Sequence record: OQ992562.1
DNA: 64,000 nt
Strand: one strand, 5' to 3'
This document shows, one piece after another, positions 28,310 through 46,879 of the stretch. The stretch's first letter is position 1. The number at the start of each line of letters is the position of its first letter. The position numbers and the translations under genes are program-made. Under the pieces are notes generated by a model that was not told the DNA's origin, did no database searches, and saw nothing but the letters and a program-made list of their open reading frames with translations.

Positions 28310-28645
28310 ATGGAAGACTTCAAAGAAATCGAGATTTACAGTATGACGTTCATCGACCATTCGGAAAATGCTTCTCGTGTAGTGATTGCACAGATCACTA
28401 CTCTGGATGATCGTACTGTTTACGGGGTAATGGAGGTCAATGGTTTCGGCGGTCAGGCCACTACTAATCTGCGTCGGTTCGAACAGAACCGTCAACACGC
28501 TCGTTACTTCTTCACCAAGTCGGTAGCCACTGCTCACGCCGAGGCTTACGTCAAGTACCTGAATGACGACATGGTCGAACAAGACTACCTCGATATGAAT
28601 ACCGGCTACAACTACACCGAATTTATGAACATGGTAAATATCTGA
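28310..28645 (+). CDS. Hypothetical protein, 111 aa
   Basis: CAGGA RBS. Confidence 0.75.
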   Translation: MEDFKEIEIYSMTFIDHSENASRVVIAQITTLDDRTVYGVMEVNGFGGQATTNLRRFEQNRQHARYFFTKSVATAHAEAYVKYLNDDMVEQDYLDMNTGYNYTEFMNMVNI

Positions 28646-28652
28646 GGTCATC

Positions 28653-29207
28653 ATGGACAAAAAATTGAAGGAATTCCAAGCAGTGACCCCTGGTGTTGAT
28701 CGTTTCGTTTACTGTGAGAAGACTGACACCTGGCTTCCGAAGGCTACTCATCCTCTGGATTGTCACCGTAATAAAAACGCGATAACAGCATTCGATAAAG
28801 CCAACGAAGAAATTCAAGAACGTTGGTTCTACTGGTGCATTGCATGGGAGAAAGCTTCTGTTCGCCCTACAATGGAAACCGAACTCTGGAAGAACCCGTT
28901 CATCTCTGTTGAAGAACGACTGGAGATTGCAGAAGGCGCCATCGCGTTCCGTAACGAGGTCATCAGAAATCTCCAGGGGCGTTTAGTTTCGCCAACGATT
29001 GCCGAGTTCAAACTTAACGACGAAATGGTGGAAGCTATCTTGGATAGCAGTTACACTGTAAAAGATTTCGATCGGAACTCGGAAACGGGCGAAGTAGAGC
29101 TTCAGTATCAGATTTCCAATAACTTCCACAATCGCGAGTTGGCACGTGATACTGTTCACCGTATCATCAATGCCCTCAAACAACTTACCCCGGTGCAACA
29201 GCAATGA
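28653..29207 (+). CDS. Hypothetical protein, 184 aa
   Basis: GAGG RBS. Confidence 0.75.
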   Translation: MDKKLKEFQAVTPGVDRFVYCEKTDTWLPKATHPLDCHRNKNAITAFDKANEEIQERWFYWCIAWEKASVRPTMETELWKNPFISVEERLEIAEGAIAFRNEVIRNLQGRLVSPTIAEFKLNDEMVEAILDSSYTVKDFDRNSETGEVELQYQISNNFHNRELARDTVHRIINALKQLTPVQQQ

Positions 29208-29413
29208 TCTACCTTGGTTGGTTCACCATCATCTTCGTGGCGATGGGTCTTGGTTTATTCGGTGCTTTCTGTCATCGAATAGTTAATTCCACTAATCCTG
29301 GATTGGAAGAGAAGCGTACTACACTGAATATCGCTATCTGGACAGGTATTCTTCTAGTGCTCGCTTATCTCAATGAAATCAGTCGAGTCTTTATTGTAGG
29401 AGTAGTTACATGA
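29204..29413 (+). CDS. Two-TM membrane protein, paralogue of 26507-26725
   Basis: ATGA overlap; shared motifs. Confidence 0.7.
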   Translation: MIYLGWFTIIFVAMGLGLFGAFCHRIVNSTNPGLEEKRTTLNIAIWTGILLVLAYLNEISRVFIVGVVT

Positions 29414-29652
29414 CATTACAAGAGCTGCGTGAACTTCTTTATAAAGAAGCTGGTATGGAATCAATCCATGCTAAAATTAAGCAACGGGCGCTCGGTGGTG
29501 ATTCAGAGGTAAACTTCGATTACAGCAACGAGAACACGCCAGTTGAAGGGAAGATGAATAATCGTCAAGCGGAAATCCTCCGTAAAGACGGTTACATTGT
29601 TGAATACAATAGTGCCTGTCTCTGGTACGAAGTAAAAGGATGGGATGAATAA
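29410..29652 (+). CDS. Hypothetical protein, 80 aa
   Basis: AGGAG RBS; coupled. Confidence 0.7.
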   Translation: MTLQELRELLYKEAGMESIHAKIKQRALGGDSEVNFDYSNENTPVEGKMNNRQAEILRKDGYIVEYNSACLWYEVKGWDE

Positions 29653-29918
29653 TGGGACTCCGTTACATGGGTTATTCCGTTAAAGCAACTGTGACTGACC
29701 GTGAAGGCGAGTCGCATATCTTTGACGGCTTTGCCAAGCCTGGCGAGGGTAATTCGGTTTATCCCGGAGCTAATGGTGAAGGTGATAAGCGTCTTGCAGC
29801 TCGCCGCGCACTGGAAGCCTTCATGGATAGTCCAGTCTTCGAGGAACTAACATCGGATATGTACGATACGTTCGATGTTCGTTTCAATTCTCTTGTGCAC
29901 ACTGGAATGCCGGAGTAA
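29652..29918 (+). CDS. Hypothetical protein, 88 aa
   Basis: TAATG coupling. Confidence 0.7.
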   Translation: MGLRYMGYSVKATVTDREGESHIFDGFAKPGEGNSVYPGANGEGDKRLAARRALEAFMDSPVFEELTSDMYDTFDVRFNSLVHTGMPE

Positions 29919-29923
29919 TAAAA

Positions 29924-30361
29924 ATGTCGATGTATACCAAAGACAACGCTGAACTTTACACCCACAAAGAAGATGGTGGTATTTACTACTACCATGGCTT
30001 GGCTCATGGTACCGGTGATCAACGTGGAGAACTGCTGCACATCTACAGTGATTACTTCACTGACATGATGTACTACCGTAACCACACCTGGTCTACTCGG
30101 ATGGAACGCGTTTCTGCTCCAGGGCTTCGTCTGAGTCGTTCCTTGCATCCACGTCTATGGATCACCACTCTGATCGGTTTGATGATCATTATCATTACTC
30201 AGGTTGTTTTCGGCACCGAGTTCAATGCAATCACTCTCCAAGAGATTGTCGGTACAGCCGTCGCTGGTGTACTGGCACTGGGTCTTCCGAGTTTCATCCT
30301 GCACCAACTGTACAAGTGGAAGTACAAGAAACCTGTTAAACAGAAGTCCGAAGCGGCATAA
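29924..30361 (+). CDS. DUF1653-like N-terminal domain fused to two TM helices, 145 aa
   Basis: LYTHKEDGGIYYYHGLAH...LHIY...YYR pattern, then two hydrophobic helices. Confidence 0.5.
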   Translation: MSMYTKDNAELYTHKEDGGIYYYHGLAHGTGDQRGELLHIYSDYFTDMMYYRNHTWSTRMERVSAPGLRLSRSLHPRLWITTLIGLMIIIITQVVFGTEFNAITLQEIVGTAVAGVLALGLPSFILHQLYKWKYKKPVKQKSEAA

Positions 30362-30614
30362 AAGGAAATCCCCATTGGCCGCTAAACCAATGGGGTTCCA
30401 AACAGTGCATTCGCGACTACACTGTCAGCAGGTGTCGTCCAAGAGAACTGCGGATTAGCTACTTACCCCTCGTGGGCATTTTCACTAGCAGTATTATAAC
30501 AACACCGTACGTTCTGAAAAGATTAGCCCTCCTGTGCAACCAGGAGGGCTATATGTCGTCAAGTTTAAGCTTGACTTTTTGCCCAAATGGGCCCACTTGC
30601 AGAGGAGACTCCTA

Positions 30615-30881
30615 ATGAAAGTCTTTGAAACAAGTTCCAGACCAGATCCCCACCACGGGTACTTGACTGGTCTAGAGGTAACAGCATTCAATGGTAAGCC
30701 GATCGTCTATGGGCGAAATGAGCAAATCAAAGTTGCTGTATACGATGGTAAGATGTTCCTTGGTTACATTGGCAATGGTCAGCTTGTAAACAAGCTTTCC
30801 GATGCTAAATGGATTGACGGATCGTCTAACTATCATATTAATTCTAACTCCAGTAATCTTTTGTTCGCTAGAGTTGCTTAA
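30615..30881 (+). CDS. Hypothetical protein, 88 aa
   Basis: Start placed at MKVFE after GAGGAG; the track's GTG start lies inside a hairpin. Confidence 0.6.
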   Translation: MKVFETSSRPDPHHGYLTGLEVTAFNGKPIVYGRNEQIKVAVYDGKMFLGYIGNGQLVNKLSDAKWIDGSSNYHINSNSSNLLFARVA

Positions 30882-30935
30882 CTTCAAATACCCTCTTCAT
30901 TGCGAAGAGGGTAACGTATTATTATTTTTTTTTGT

Positions 30936-33089
30936 TTAATACCAACTATTTCTAGAATATCTGTTAATACGCACTCTACGTGTACGCTCTGCACGAGCTT
31001 GATTTAACATGGCATCAATACCTACACCACTGCTATCATCAATATTAACACGTTTAGACAATTGTTTCAAACGCATTTCTAATTTAGCTGCAATCATCGG
31101 GTTCTTTTCACCGCGAAGCTGCTCAATTATCTCTTCAAATTCTTTGCGACCTTGCTGTTCTTTCTCTTCATGATATTTTTCAAGTTGACTTGGTTCTTTA
31201 TCACGTAATTTTGATTTACCTAAGATGGGAACATTGATACCATAATAAGATAAATTCTTACCTTGTATTAATAACCAATGAGCTAATAATAATGATACCA
31301 CTAAGTCGTCATGGTTCCCCTTAGCATGGTCAATTCTACCATTACGGATAGTAAGTGCTAATAACTCCGTGCTAAGTGGTTTATCATAGATGGTCCTTAC
31401 CCCATAATGCATTGCTGATGGTAATGCCACCTTAAATAGATTATCACGAGAATACTCACCAGTACCTGACGTCGCATAGCCAAAATAACGTTTAAACCTA
31501 TCATAGAACGATGGTTGTCTTGCTGATAGCGGAGTTTGAATGTCTCTGAAATCATTTTCTCTTTCTGATGATTCATTGACAATTCTGTTAAAGATACGCC
31601 GGAATGGATCTACTCCTTTAGTATGTAGAATCAAGATAACATGGTCAATTAACGATATACCTATTGATTTACGTTCTGGTATCCAAAGAATATTAGGATA
31701 TCTCAATAGCATTGTTGCAAAGAAATTACCCATTGATGGCACTGATGATTCATTGTATCTACCAACACACATAACCTCATGTGTTTCTACGTCAACTACA
31801 ACTGTGCCGGTGGCGTCATTATCTTCACCAAGAAGTTCAGATGGGTCGGTACCCATAACGAACCTACCTTTCATCATCCGTGAGGCTACTTCTTCTTTTG
31901 GTATATACCAACGAAGTGTGTAACCATCATCCGTGATTTCTGTCCAGCTTGGCTCACGCATATTGTTTTTAAGTTTATCTTTCTCATCTGATGATAAGGG
32001 TGAACCTTCACCACCAACTGTCCAAATATTGAAGAAGTCCCTATCGGCAATTTCACCAAATGAACCTGATTCACGAAGTGTGTTATATAACCACCCATCG
32101 GTACGTCCTAATTGACGGTGGTTAAATGCACCATAAACTAGAGGTTTCTTTCCAGTAGTGCCTTTTTCTACAACACGATGTAGAGTTTTCTGATCTGGTA
32201 GATCAAAGAATTCCTCTGACCATGGGCAGCCACCTGTTAAGAAGTGATATGCAAATTCACCATCACGGGTAGTGATGTTACCAGCTGTAGTTGTATAGAT
32301 GTTACCATAAGGCTGGTTCTCACGGCGAGCTTCATCACGAGCTGCTGAACCTGACGCAAGTGCAACAGGTAGTGAAACACCAATTAAGTTAATATAGGCA
32401 AGTTCGTCAAAGTGCATATTTGGTACAGTAAGACCACGACCTAATTTATCAGCTGCGTTAACATCATTTCGACCAACAGCTGTTAAATACCTATTACCTA
32501 ATCTAATACATGTCATCAATTCGGAGTTATCCGCATCTAATGGATCGGTATAGTGGATATACTCTGGTAACAAATCACGCATTACTTTTAGACGCTCGAT
32601 GTTAGCATTGCGTAGTTTGTTATCTTTAGTAATAAGGTTAATCTTAGTGTTCTCGCCCCAGATATACATCATGCCTGTATTGAGCACGTCAGTTGATACG
32701 GACTTACCTGTCTGACGAGGCTGTAATAAACCAAAATCTACGTGATTGAAATAACACCAGAATAAAGCAATATTACCACGGTTAGCTTGGAATGGAATTG
32801 GGTTATTACCCGAGTTAGGGGGGATTCTTGCCACTTCCCTAAAAAAATACCAAGGATTATATTTGCATTCCATGTTAATACGGAACTTCATTTCTTCGCT
32901 AAGATTAGGGTCATATGGATCCACCCCAATTAAACCTTGGTCCAATATAGCTAGTATAAATTTGTAATTTTTAATACCCATCTTTTTATAAGTTAAAGCT
33001 AACTTTATAAAAGATTTATTTTTAGTAGTAAGATCAACACTAGCGCTGTAGTATTTATCCCAATCACTATTGAAAAGTATAACGTCCAT
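30936..33089 (-). CDS. terL: Terminase large subunit (phiKZ gp25-like), 717 aa
   Basis: Walker A PRQTGKS, Walker B MHFDE, YTTT coupling motif, nuclease MGTDPS and HDDLVVS. Confidence 0.92.
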   Translation of the reverse strand: MDVILFNSDWDKYYSASVDLTTKNKSFIKLALTYKKMGIKNYKFILAILDQGLIGVDPYDPNLSEEMKFRINMECKYNPWYFFREVARIPPNSGNNPIPFQANRGNIALFWCYFNHVDFGLLQPRQTGKSVSTDVLNTGMMYIWGENTKINLITKDNKLRNANIERLKVMRDLLPEYIHYTDPLDADNSELMTCIRLGNRYLTAVGRNDVNAADKLGRGLTVPNMHFDELAYINLIGVSLPVALASGSAARDEARRENQPYGNIYTTTAGNITTRDGEFAYHFLTGGCPWSEEFFDLPDQKTLHRVVEKGTTGKKPLVYGAFNHRQLGRTDGWLYNTLRESGSFGEIADRDFFNIWTVGGEGSPLSSDEKDKLKNNMREPSWTEITDDGYTLRWYIPKEEVASRMMKGRFVMGTDPSELLGEDNDATGTVVVDVETHEVMCVGRYNESSVPSMGNFFATMLLRYPNILWIPERKSIGISLIDHVILILHTKGVDPFRRIFNRIVNESSERENDFRDIQTPLSARQPSFYDRFKRYFGYATSGTGEYSRDNLFKVALPSAMHYGVRTIYDKPLSTELLALTIRNGRIDHAKGNHDDLVVSLLLAHWLLIQGKNLSYYGINVPILGKSKLRDKEPSQLEKYHEEKEQQGRKEFEEIIEQLRGEKNPMIAAKLEMRLKQLSKRVNIDDSSGVGIDAMLNQARAERTRRVRINRYSRNSWY

Positions 33090-33190
33090 ACACTGCCCTT
33101 TAAGGTACTTATTTTAATGTGCCATAATAAAGCCGTATTGAACGGCAATTGTAAAGTATAGTCTCATATGGATAATGTGTTAAAAGACGT

Positions 33191-33227
33191 TATAAAGCCC
33201 CCTAGGTGATTCCTAGGGGGCAGTATA
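33191..33227. terminator. Hairpin GCCCCCTAGG-tgatt-CCTAGGGGGC
   Basis: 10-bp stem right after the stop of the gp26-like gene. Confidence 0.7.
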
Positions 33228-33228
33228 T

Positions 33229-38559
<5,331 letters not shown>

Positions 38560-38636
38560 TACCGCTACTCCTTAAATGGATAGTAAAAAATAACTAGTAT
38601 GGTCAACTATGATTAATATCTATGATTGACTGTTAG

Positions 38637-40776
<2,140 letters not shown>

Positions 40777-40804
40777 GTGGGTGGCTTTCAGAATGAGGAA
40801 AAGT

Positions 40805-41688
<884 letters not shown>

Positions 41689-41689
<1 letters not shown>

Positions 41690-41871
41690 TGGCAAAAGTA
41701 TATCCGATGGTCCCACCTGGGAAGACTCGCAACCAAGATCAGAACTTTGATATCAATGCATTCTTTTCTCCCGATGTAGTTGCGGCTGGCAATGGTCTGG
41801 TTAGTCAACTTCGGCGAAATGCTCAAACTGAAAAGAATGAGCAGACTGTCGGTACTAACCAAAAAAGCTAA
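41689..41871 (+). CDS. Hypothetical protein, 60 aa
   Basis: TAATG coupling; TAGGA RBS. Confidence 0.55.
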
Positions 41872-41873
41872 AG

Positions 41874-41945
41874 CATATCGCCTCCCTTCGGGGAGGCTTT
41901 ATGTTGTTAAAAACTATGCTAAAAAATAATTAAGATATATATTAC
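41874..41945 (+). promoter_or_regulatory. Family hairpin followed by an early promoter TATATTAC (41938-41945)
   Basis: Same terminator-plus-promoter layout at 47697-47758. Confidence 0.7.
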
Positions 41946-41998
41946 ATGTTTGCTTATTCAATAAGTAAAACTAGATTGTAAATTTTAGAGAGGTTAAA

Positions 41999-43195
41999 AT
42001 GAAAATTAATGAACTTACAAATACTGATTTATTATTAGAAAACCACACTATTAATAAAATTGATTGTTTACTAGGATTACTTTATAAACATAACTTCGAT
42101 AAAGAATTTACATCTAAAATTAATTTTGGTATTCTAACGCAAATGACATATCAGAAGGATGATGTCAGTTTCGTAGTGAAGCCTAGCTTTGAACAAGGTT
42201 TTATTAATATCACTTTTAGTAATGATACATCATGGAATGTTAATTTTGCACTCATCGATGGTAAACCTAAATACATTGGTTATACTGATCAAGAAGTGAC
42301 AATTGAAGAGCCGCATAGCAGGGAATATTACACTCTAACAAGTGAGAGTATTCGGCAATTAACAATTCAAGTATTAATTAATACATGGTATCAAGTAAAT
42401 AATATTCCAAGCGAAGTATACGAGTATCAACATCACTGGAAACTGGATAAAAATATTCTTAACGATGATGATATTATTCGATACTATTATCGTTTCATTT
42501 TAGCTACCTATTGGGGAATGCCAACACCTGATAGACAAGCTACATTTGAAAAGTGGTTAGAAAATGACATTGCAAATGGGGAAGGTGATGACACAACTAA
42601 TAGTCATTTAAAATGGCTATTCAAACAGGATCATTCTAATATTACTGAAACAACTAATGTTAGAGATGAAATTAATGCATGTAGCATCCACCACATTTAT
42701 CCGTCAGGCAATATTACGTGTGTTTTAACTGATAATAAGAAACCCACACGTTGGCGAGAATATGTAATGCATGCCTTCTATAAAACCATTGGGTATACTT
42801 GGGTTAATCCAATTGAACTATATTGGCATAAAGGTACTTCTGCGGAGTATGTTAGTTTAGAAACGGTTAATGCCAACCTTTTACTAGCTGCAAATATTTT
42901 CACTGTATACAGTAATTGGAATATTACGGAAAATAGCCATACTTCAGATAACTCTGTATCTATCCCAGCTATTAACCTATTTTGCATCAATAGTGAAAAT
43001 AGTCAATATGCAGTATCCTTTAAGAATAAAAATAATAACTCTTATGAATTATTTGATTCATTATCCTTAAGTGGAAATCAAATAATTTCATACACTGAAA
43101 CCGCTATTGAGAAATCTAATTGTTCTGGTCCATTGAAATTTGTAAGTGATCACGTTATCAAGTTTATTTGTAAGGAACTAACAACGTGTCGATGA
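41999..43195 (+). CDS. Hypothetical protein, 398 aa
   Basis: GAGG RBS. Confidence 0.8.
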   Translation: MKINELTNTDLLLENHTINKIDCLLGLLYKHNFDKEFTSKINFGILTQMTYQKDDVSFVVKPSFEQGFINITFSNDTSWNVNFALIDGKPKYIGYTDQEVTIEEPHSREYYTLTSESIRQLTIQVLINTWYQVNNIPSEVYEYQHHWKLDKNILNDDDIIRYYYRFILATYWGMPTPDRQATFEKWLENDIANGEGDDTTNSHLKWLFKQDHSNITETTNVRDEINACSIHHIYPSGNITCVLTDNKKPTRWREYVMHAFYKTIGYTWVNPIELYWHKGTSAEYVSLETVNANLLLAANIFTVYSNWNITENSHTSDNSVSIPAINLFCINSENSQYAVSFKNKNNNSYELFDSLSLSGNQIISYTETAIEKSNCSGPLKFVSDHVIKFICKELTTCR

Positions 43196-43548
43196 AGAAT
43201 GAAATTGATAGTTTAACTAAAATTATTAATGATTTATTAAAAGAGCACTTTACTAATCGTAAAGAATTTATTACGAAGATTGGTAATAAACGTATAGTCG
43301 TTCCGGGTGCTCTAGTTTTCTTCAAAAAGTTACGTGGAGAAATTACGGCTAAGGTTTATGCAAAGCGTAAAGTAGATGGTGGCTATCATGAGCCAGCTAT
43401 TAGCACTGTATGCGTTAGTAATACAAATGTATCATGGGGTGGATTCAGTGGTACCCCGCGTAAGGAAATTAAAGATAGTTTAACTATTTTTACTTATGTG
43501 GCTATTTACGATGCTCTGAAAAATTTATGTAATGATCAATCTAGCTAA
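43186..43548 (+). CDS. Hypothetical protein, about 120 aa
   Basis: AAGGA RBS before a GTG or ATG start. Confidence 0.7.
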   Translation: MSMKNEIDSLTKIINDLLKEHFTNRKEFITKIGNKRIVVPGALVFFKKLRGEITAKVYAKRKVDGGYHEPAISTVCVSNTNVSWGGFSGTPRKEIKDSLTIFTYVAIYDALKNLCNDQSS

Positions 43549-43561
43549 TGTTACTTAACAG

Positions 43562-43593
43562 CATAAGCCCTCCCATTGCGGGAGGGCATTATG
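43562..43593. terminator. CATA...TATG family hairpin, convergent genes
   Basis: Same as 53266-53297 apart from a reverse-complemented loop (attgc vs gcaat). Confidence 0.75.
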
Positions 43594-43594
43594 T

Positions 43595-44869
43595 TTATTT
43601 TGTTTTTGTATAGTAATTCTTAGTCATAGCACGTAGAATTAAATACAACATCAACCCAGTCCTAGTTGCTGCGATATATGCAGGTACCCTAGAATTAGTC
43701 GCATCCCTAACTAACTTCTCACCTTCTTCACGCATGAAAATAACTTGAGCATTTTCTGTTTTAGATGCCATTATCTTTGCTCGTATTTTTACAAGCAATG
43801 TTTGTAGATCATTATTTCTAGCAACCATTGTACGGAGTGATTGCATATAATCGAAAGCATACAATAAGCACTCATCTACGAGTTTCTCAAGCTTTTGTGC
43901 CCTAGGTTGACCGATGTTACGGGAAAGGTGTCTAAGTGTCGCCATGAACATTTCTGGTGGCATTGTGGGCATTATCTTTTCAATAATACCGACTAACTCA
44001 GGTCTAATGAAATTTTGTTCTTGTTGCGCAACTTGATGGATATAAGTAAGATATGAGCGATACCCAGTAGACTTATCGCGTAGAATCTGCTCACCATCAG
44101 AATTAATAGCCATGTCTGATGAAATAACTAATTTACCACCTGATTGCAGTGTTCTGATATAAACATCATAGTACTTGTTGATTAATTCACGTAGACGTGT
44201 TTGAGTATCAGATACTACACGACCAGACCAATAATCCAGTTCTTGTGTTTTACCAGTTAAGAAAGGTGCATAAATAGAATCAGGTGCAATGATACCTTCA
44301 GCCCGTTGCCTAAATAGTTTCTCCCATGACCCAATTGTCTTAATGTCAAATCGATAATTGAGTGCGGCGAATGCAGCTTCGGCTACTTCTTTACGTGCAG
44401 GATATTTAAAGCGTGGTACAAGTAAAGATGTTAGATATTTAAAATGCAACACCATGAAACAACTAACCATTGCTTCATGTCTAATATTCAAAGGAACATT
44501 AGTTGTTTTTAAAAGCCTAGAACAAATATAGGCAGGAAGATGATTGAATACATCTGACATTACACGATGGTTAGGGTCAATGAATTCAACTGACTTAAAA
44601 TCTTGGACTAACAGCGCTTCATCAATTCGTAAAACATCATCATACCAAATCTCACGATCCGTATCGAAGAATTTAACTTGTTGTACACCTAGTAATACAC
44701 CACCAAAGAAAGCAGAGTGATCAGCATTCCTATTCATAAAACTGATAGTAAAGTCAATAATTCTTTTACATAAATCGCGATCAAATTGAACATCCTTAAA
44801 ATTTCTATCAAGGACTTCTTTAATAGTTGCCATTGGGAAAACCTCCTGGAGAATCAAATCATAAGTCAT
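43595..44869 (-). CDS. Conserved virion-associated protein (gp32-like), about 412-424 aa
   Basis: Synteny; likely start at MATIKEV after CAGGAGG. Confidence 0.7.
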   Translation of the reverse strand: MTYDLILQEVFPMATIKEVLDRNFKDVQFDRDLCKRIIDFTISFMNRNADHSAFFGGVLLGVQQVKFFDTDREIWYDDVLRIDEALLVQDFKSVEFIDPNHRVMSDVFNHLPAYICSRLLKTTNVPLNIRHEAMVSCFMVLHFKYLTSLLVPRFKYPARKEVAEAAFAALNYRFDIKTIGSWEKLFRQRAEGIIAPDSIYAPFLTGKTQELDYWSGRVVSDTQTRLRELINKYYDVYIRTLQSGGKLVISSDMAINSDGEQILRDKSTGYRSYLTYIHQVAQQEQNFIRPELVGIIEKIMPTMPPEMFMATLRHLSRNIGQPRAQKLEKLVDECLLYAFDYMQSLRTMVARNNDLQTLLVKIRAKIMASKTENAQVIFMREEGEKLVRDATNSRVPAYIAATRTGLMLYLILRAMTKNYYTKTK

Positions 44870-44923
44870 AAAAGTACTTATGTTATTTATTCCATGTAAT
44901 TACATAAATTAGAGGATAATAAA

Positions 44924-45793
44924 ATGGTTTATAAAATGATTAGTTTATTAAACCTAGCTAACCCTAGTTTAATTCAGCAATTAAGTCAATCGGTATCTAA
45001 TGAAAAAGATCTAGAAAATCTTAGAACTAGTGGTTGGCTAAAAGATGATCTTAATAATAATGTGTTTTTCATTTATTCTGAAACATCTTCTGATATTCTA
45101 GCTAGTCTAAGGATTTTTTTAAATATTGACCCATGGGTAGATAGTGGTAGTAACTATCAGAAACTAGATGTTAGTCAAGTTAGTCGATACATGACAACTG
45201 CACTTGCTTGTACTAATAATGATTATGAAGTTAATGTTATTAAAACTATTTCTAAACTATTATTATCGTTTATTAATAATCAGATATGTTCAGTTAATAA
45301 TATTAAGTTTAACAATAGTGGTAATGAGACTCAACTATCAATTGGTTTAATACATGATTCTTACACACTGGACATAGATTTAAATATTGGGATGAAATCA
45401 TTTATTGATAATAAAACTATTATTGATAAATATAAATTATTTGAAACATCGTTAAGTAAAACTAAGAGTGAATTTAATTTTTCTATAGTCACTAATGACA
45501 AAGTTAATAAAGTTGCATCCATATACAAGACCGCAGCTACATGCGAATATGATGATGCAATTCTATTTAACAAAGATTCGCTAGTAAGTATAAAACCATT
45601 TATTGATGGACATTCACTTATTACTAATGAGCTTATTGAATCGCTTATCAAAGAAATTCAAAATAAAGAAACTAAAAAATTAAAGTTAATCAAAGTTATG
45701 TGTTCCAATCATTATCAAAGAACTCATAGAGATTTAATCACAATTGTCTTATGCAGTCCTGTTAATATTTGGTCCATAACTATCCATGTATAG
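44924..45793 (+). CDS. Hypothetical protein, 289 aa, very AT-rich
   Basis: GAGGA RBS. Confidence 0.75.
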   Translation: MVYKMISLLNLANPSLIQQLSQSVSNEKDLENLRTSGWLKDDLNNNVFFIYSETSSDILASLRIFLNIDPWVDSGSNYQKLDVSQVSRYMTTALACTNNDYEVNVIKTISKLLLSFINNQICSVNNIKFNNSGNETQLSIGLIHDSYTLDIDLNIGMKSFIDNKTIIDKYKLFETSLSKTKSEFNFSIVTNDKVNKVASIYKTAATCEYDDAILFNKDSLVSIKPFIDGHSLITNELIESLIKEIQNKETKKLKLIKVMCSNHYQRTHRDLITIVLCSPVNIWSITIHV

Positions 45794-45800
45794 GTAACAT

Positions 45801-46004
45801 ATGGATTTAAATCCTCATGACATCGATAATCAAGCAATATTTAATTATTTAGAAATGCTGCCATCTACTTTTAAGATAACTGAATCTACTTTTATTGCTG
45901 CTGATTTTGATAGTAATGGCGATGTCATCATACAACTAGAGCAATCATTAATTTATACTGGCTGCTCATTATCTAAATTTAATGCGTGTTTTAACACTAT
46001 GTAA
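45801..46004 (+). CDS. Hypothetical protein, 67 aa
   Basis: TAGGT RBS; terminator follows. Confidence 0.6.
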   Translation: MDLNPHDIDNQAIFNYLEMLPSTFKITESTFIAADFDSNGDVIIQLEQSLIYTGCSLSKFNACFNTM

Positions 46005-46090
46005 ATATAATGCCCTCTCCATAAGGAGAGGGCTTATGATGTATTTTCTCTTTTATCATCTGTAGTACAATAACTCAAATATAATTGTAG

Positions 46091-46870
<780 letters not shown>

Positions 46871-46879
46871 GGTACAACC

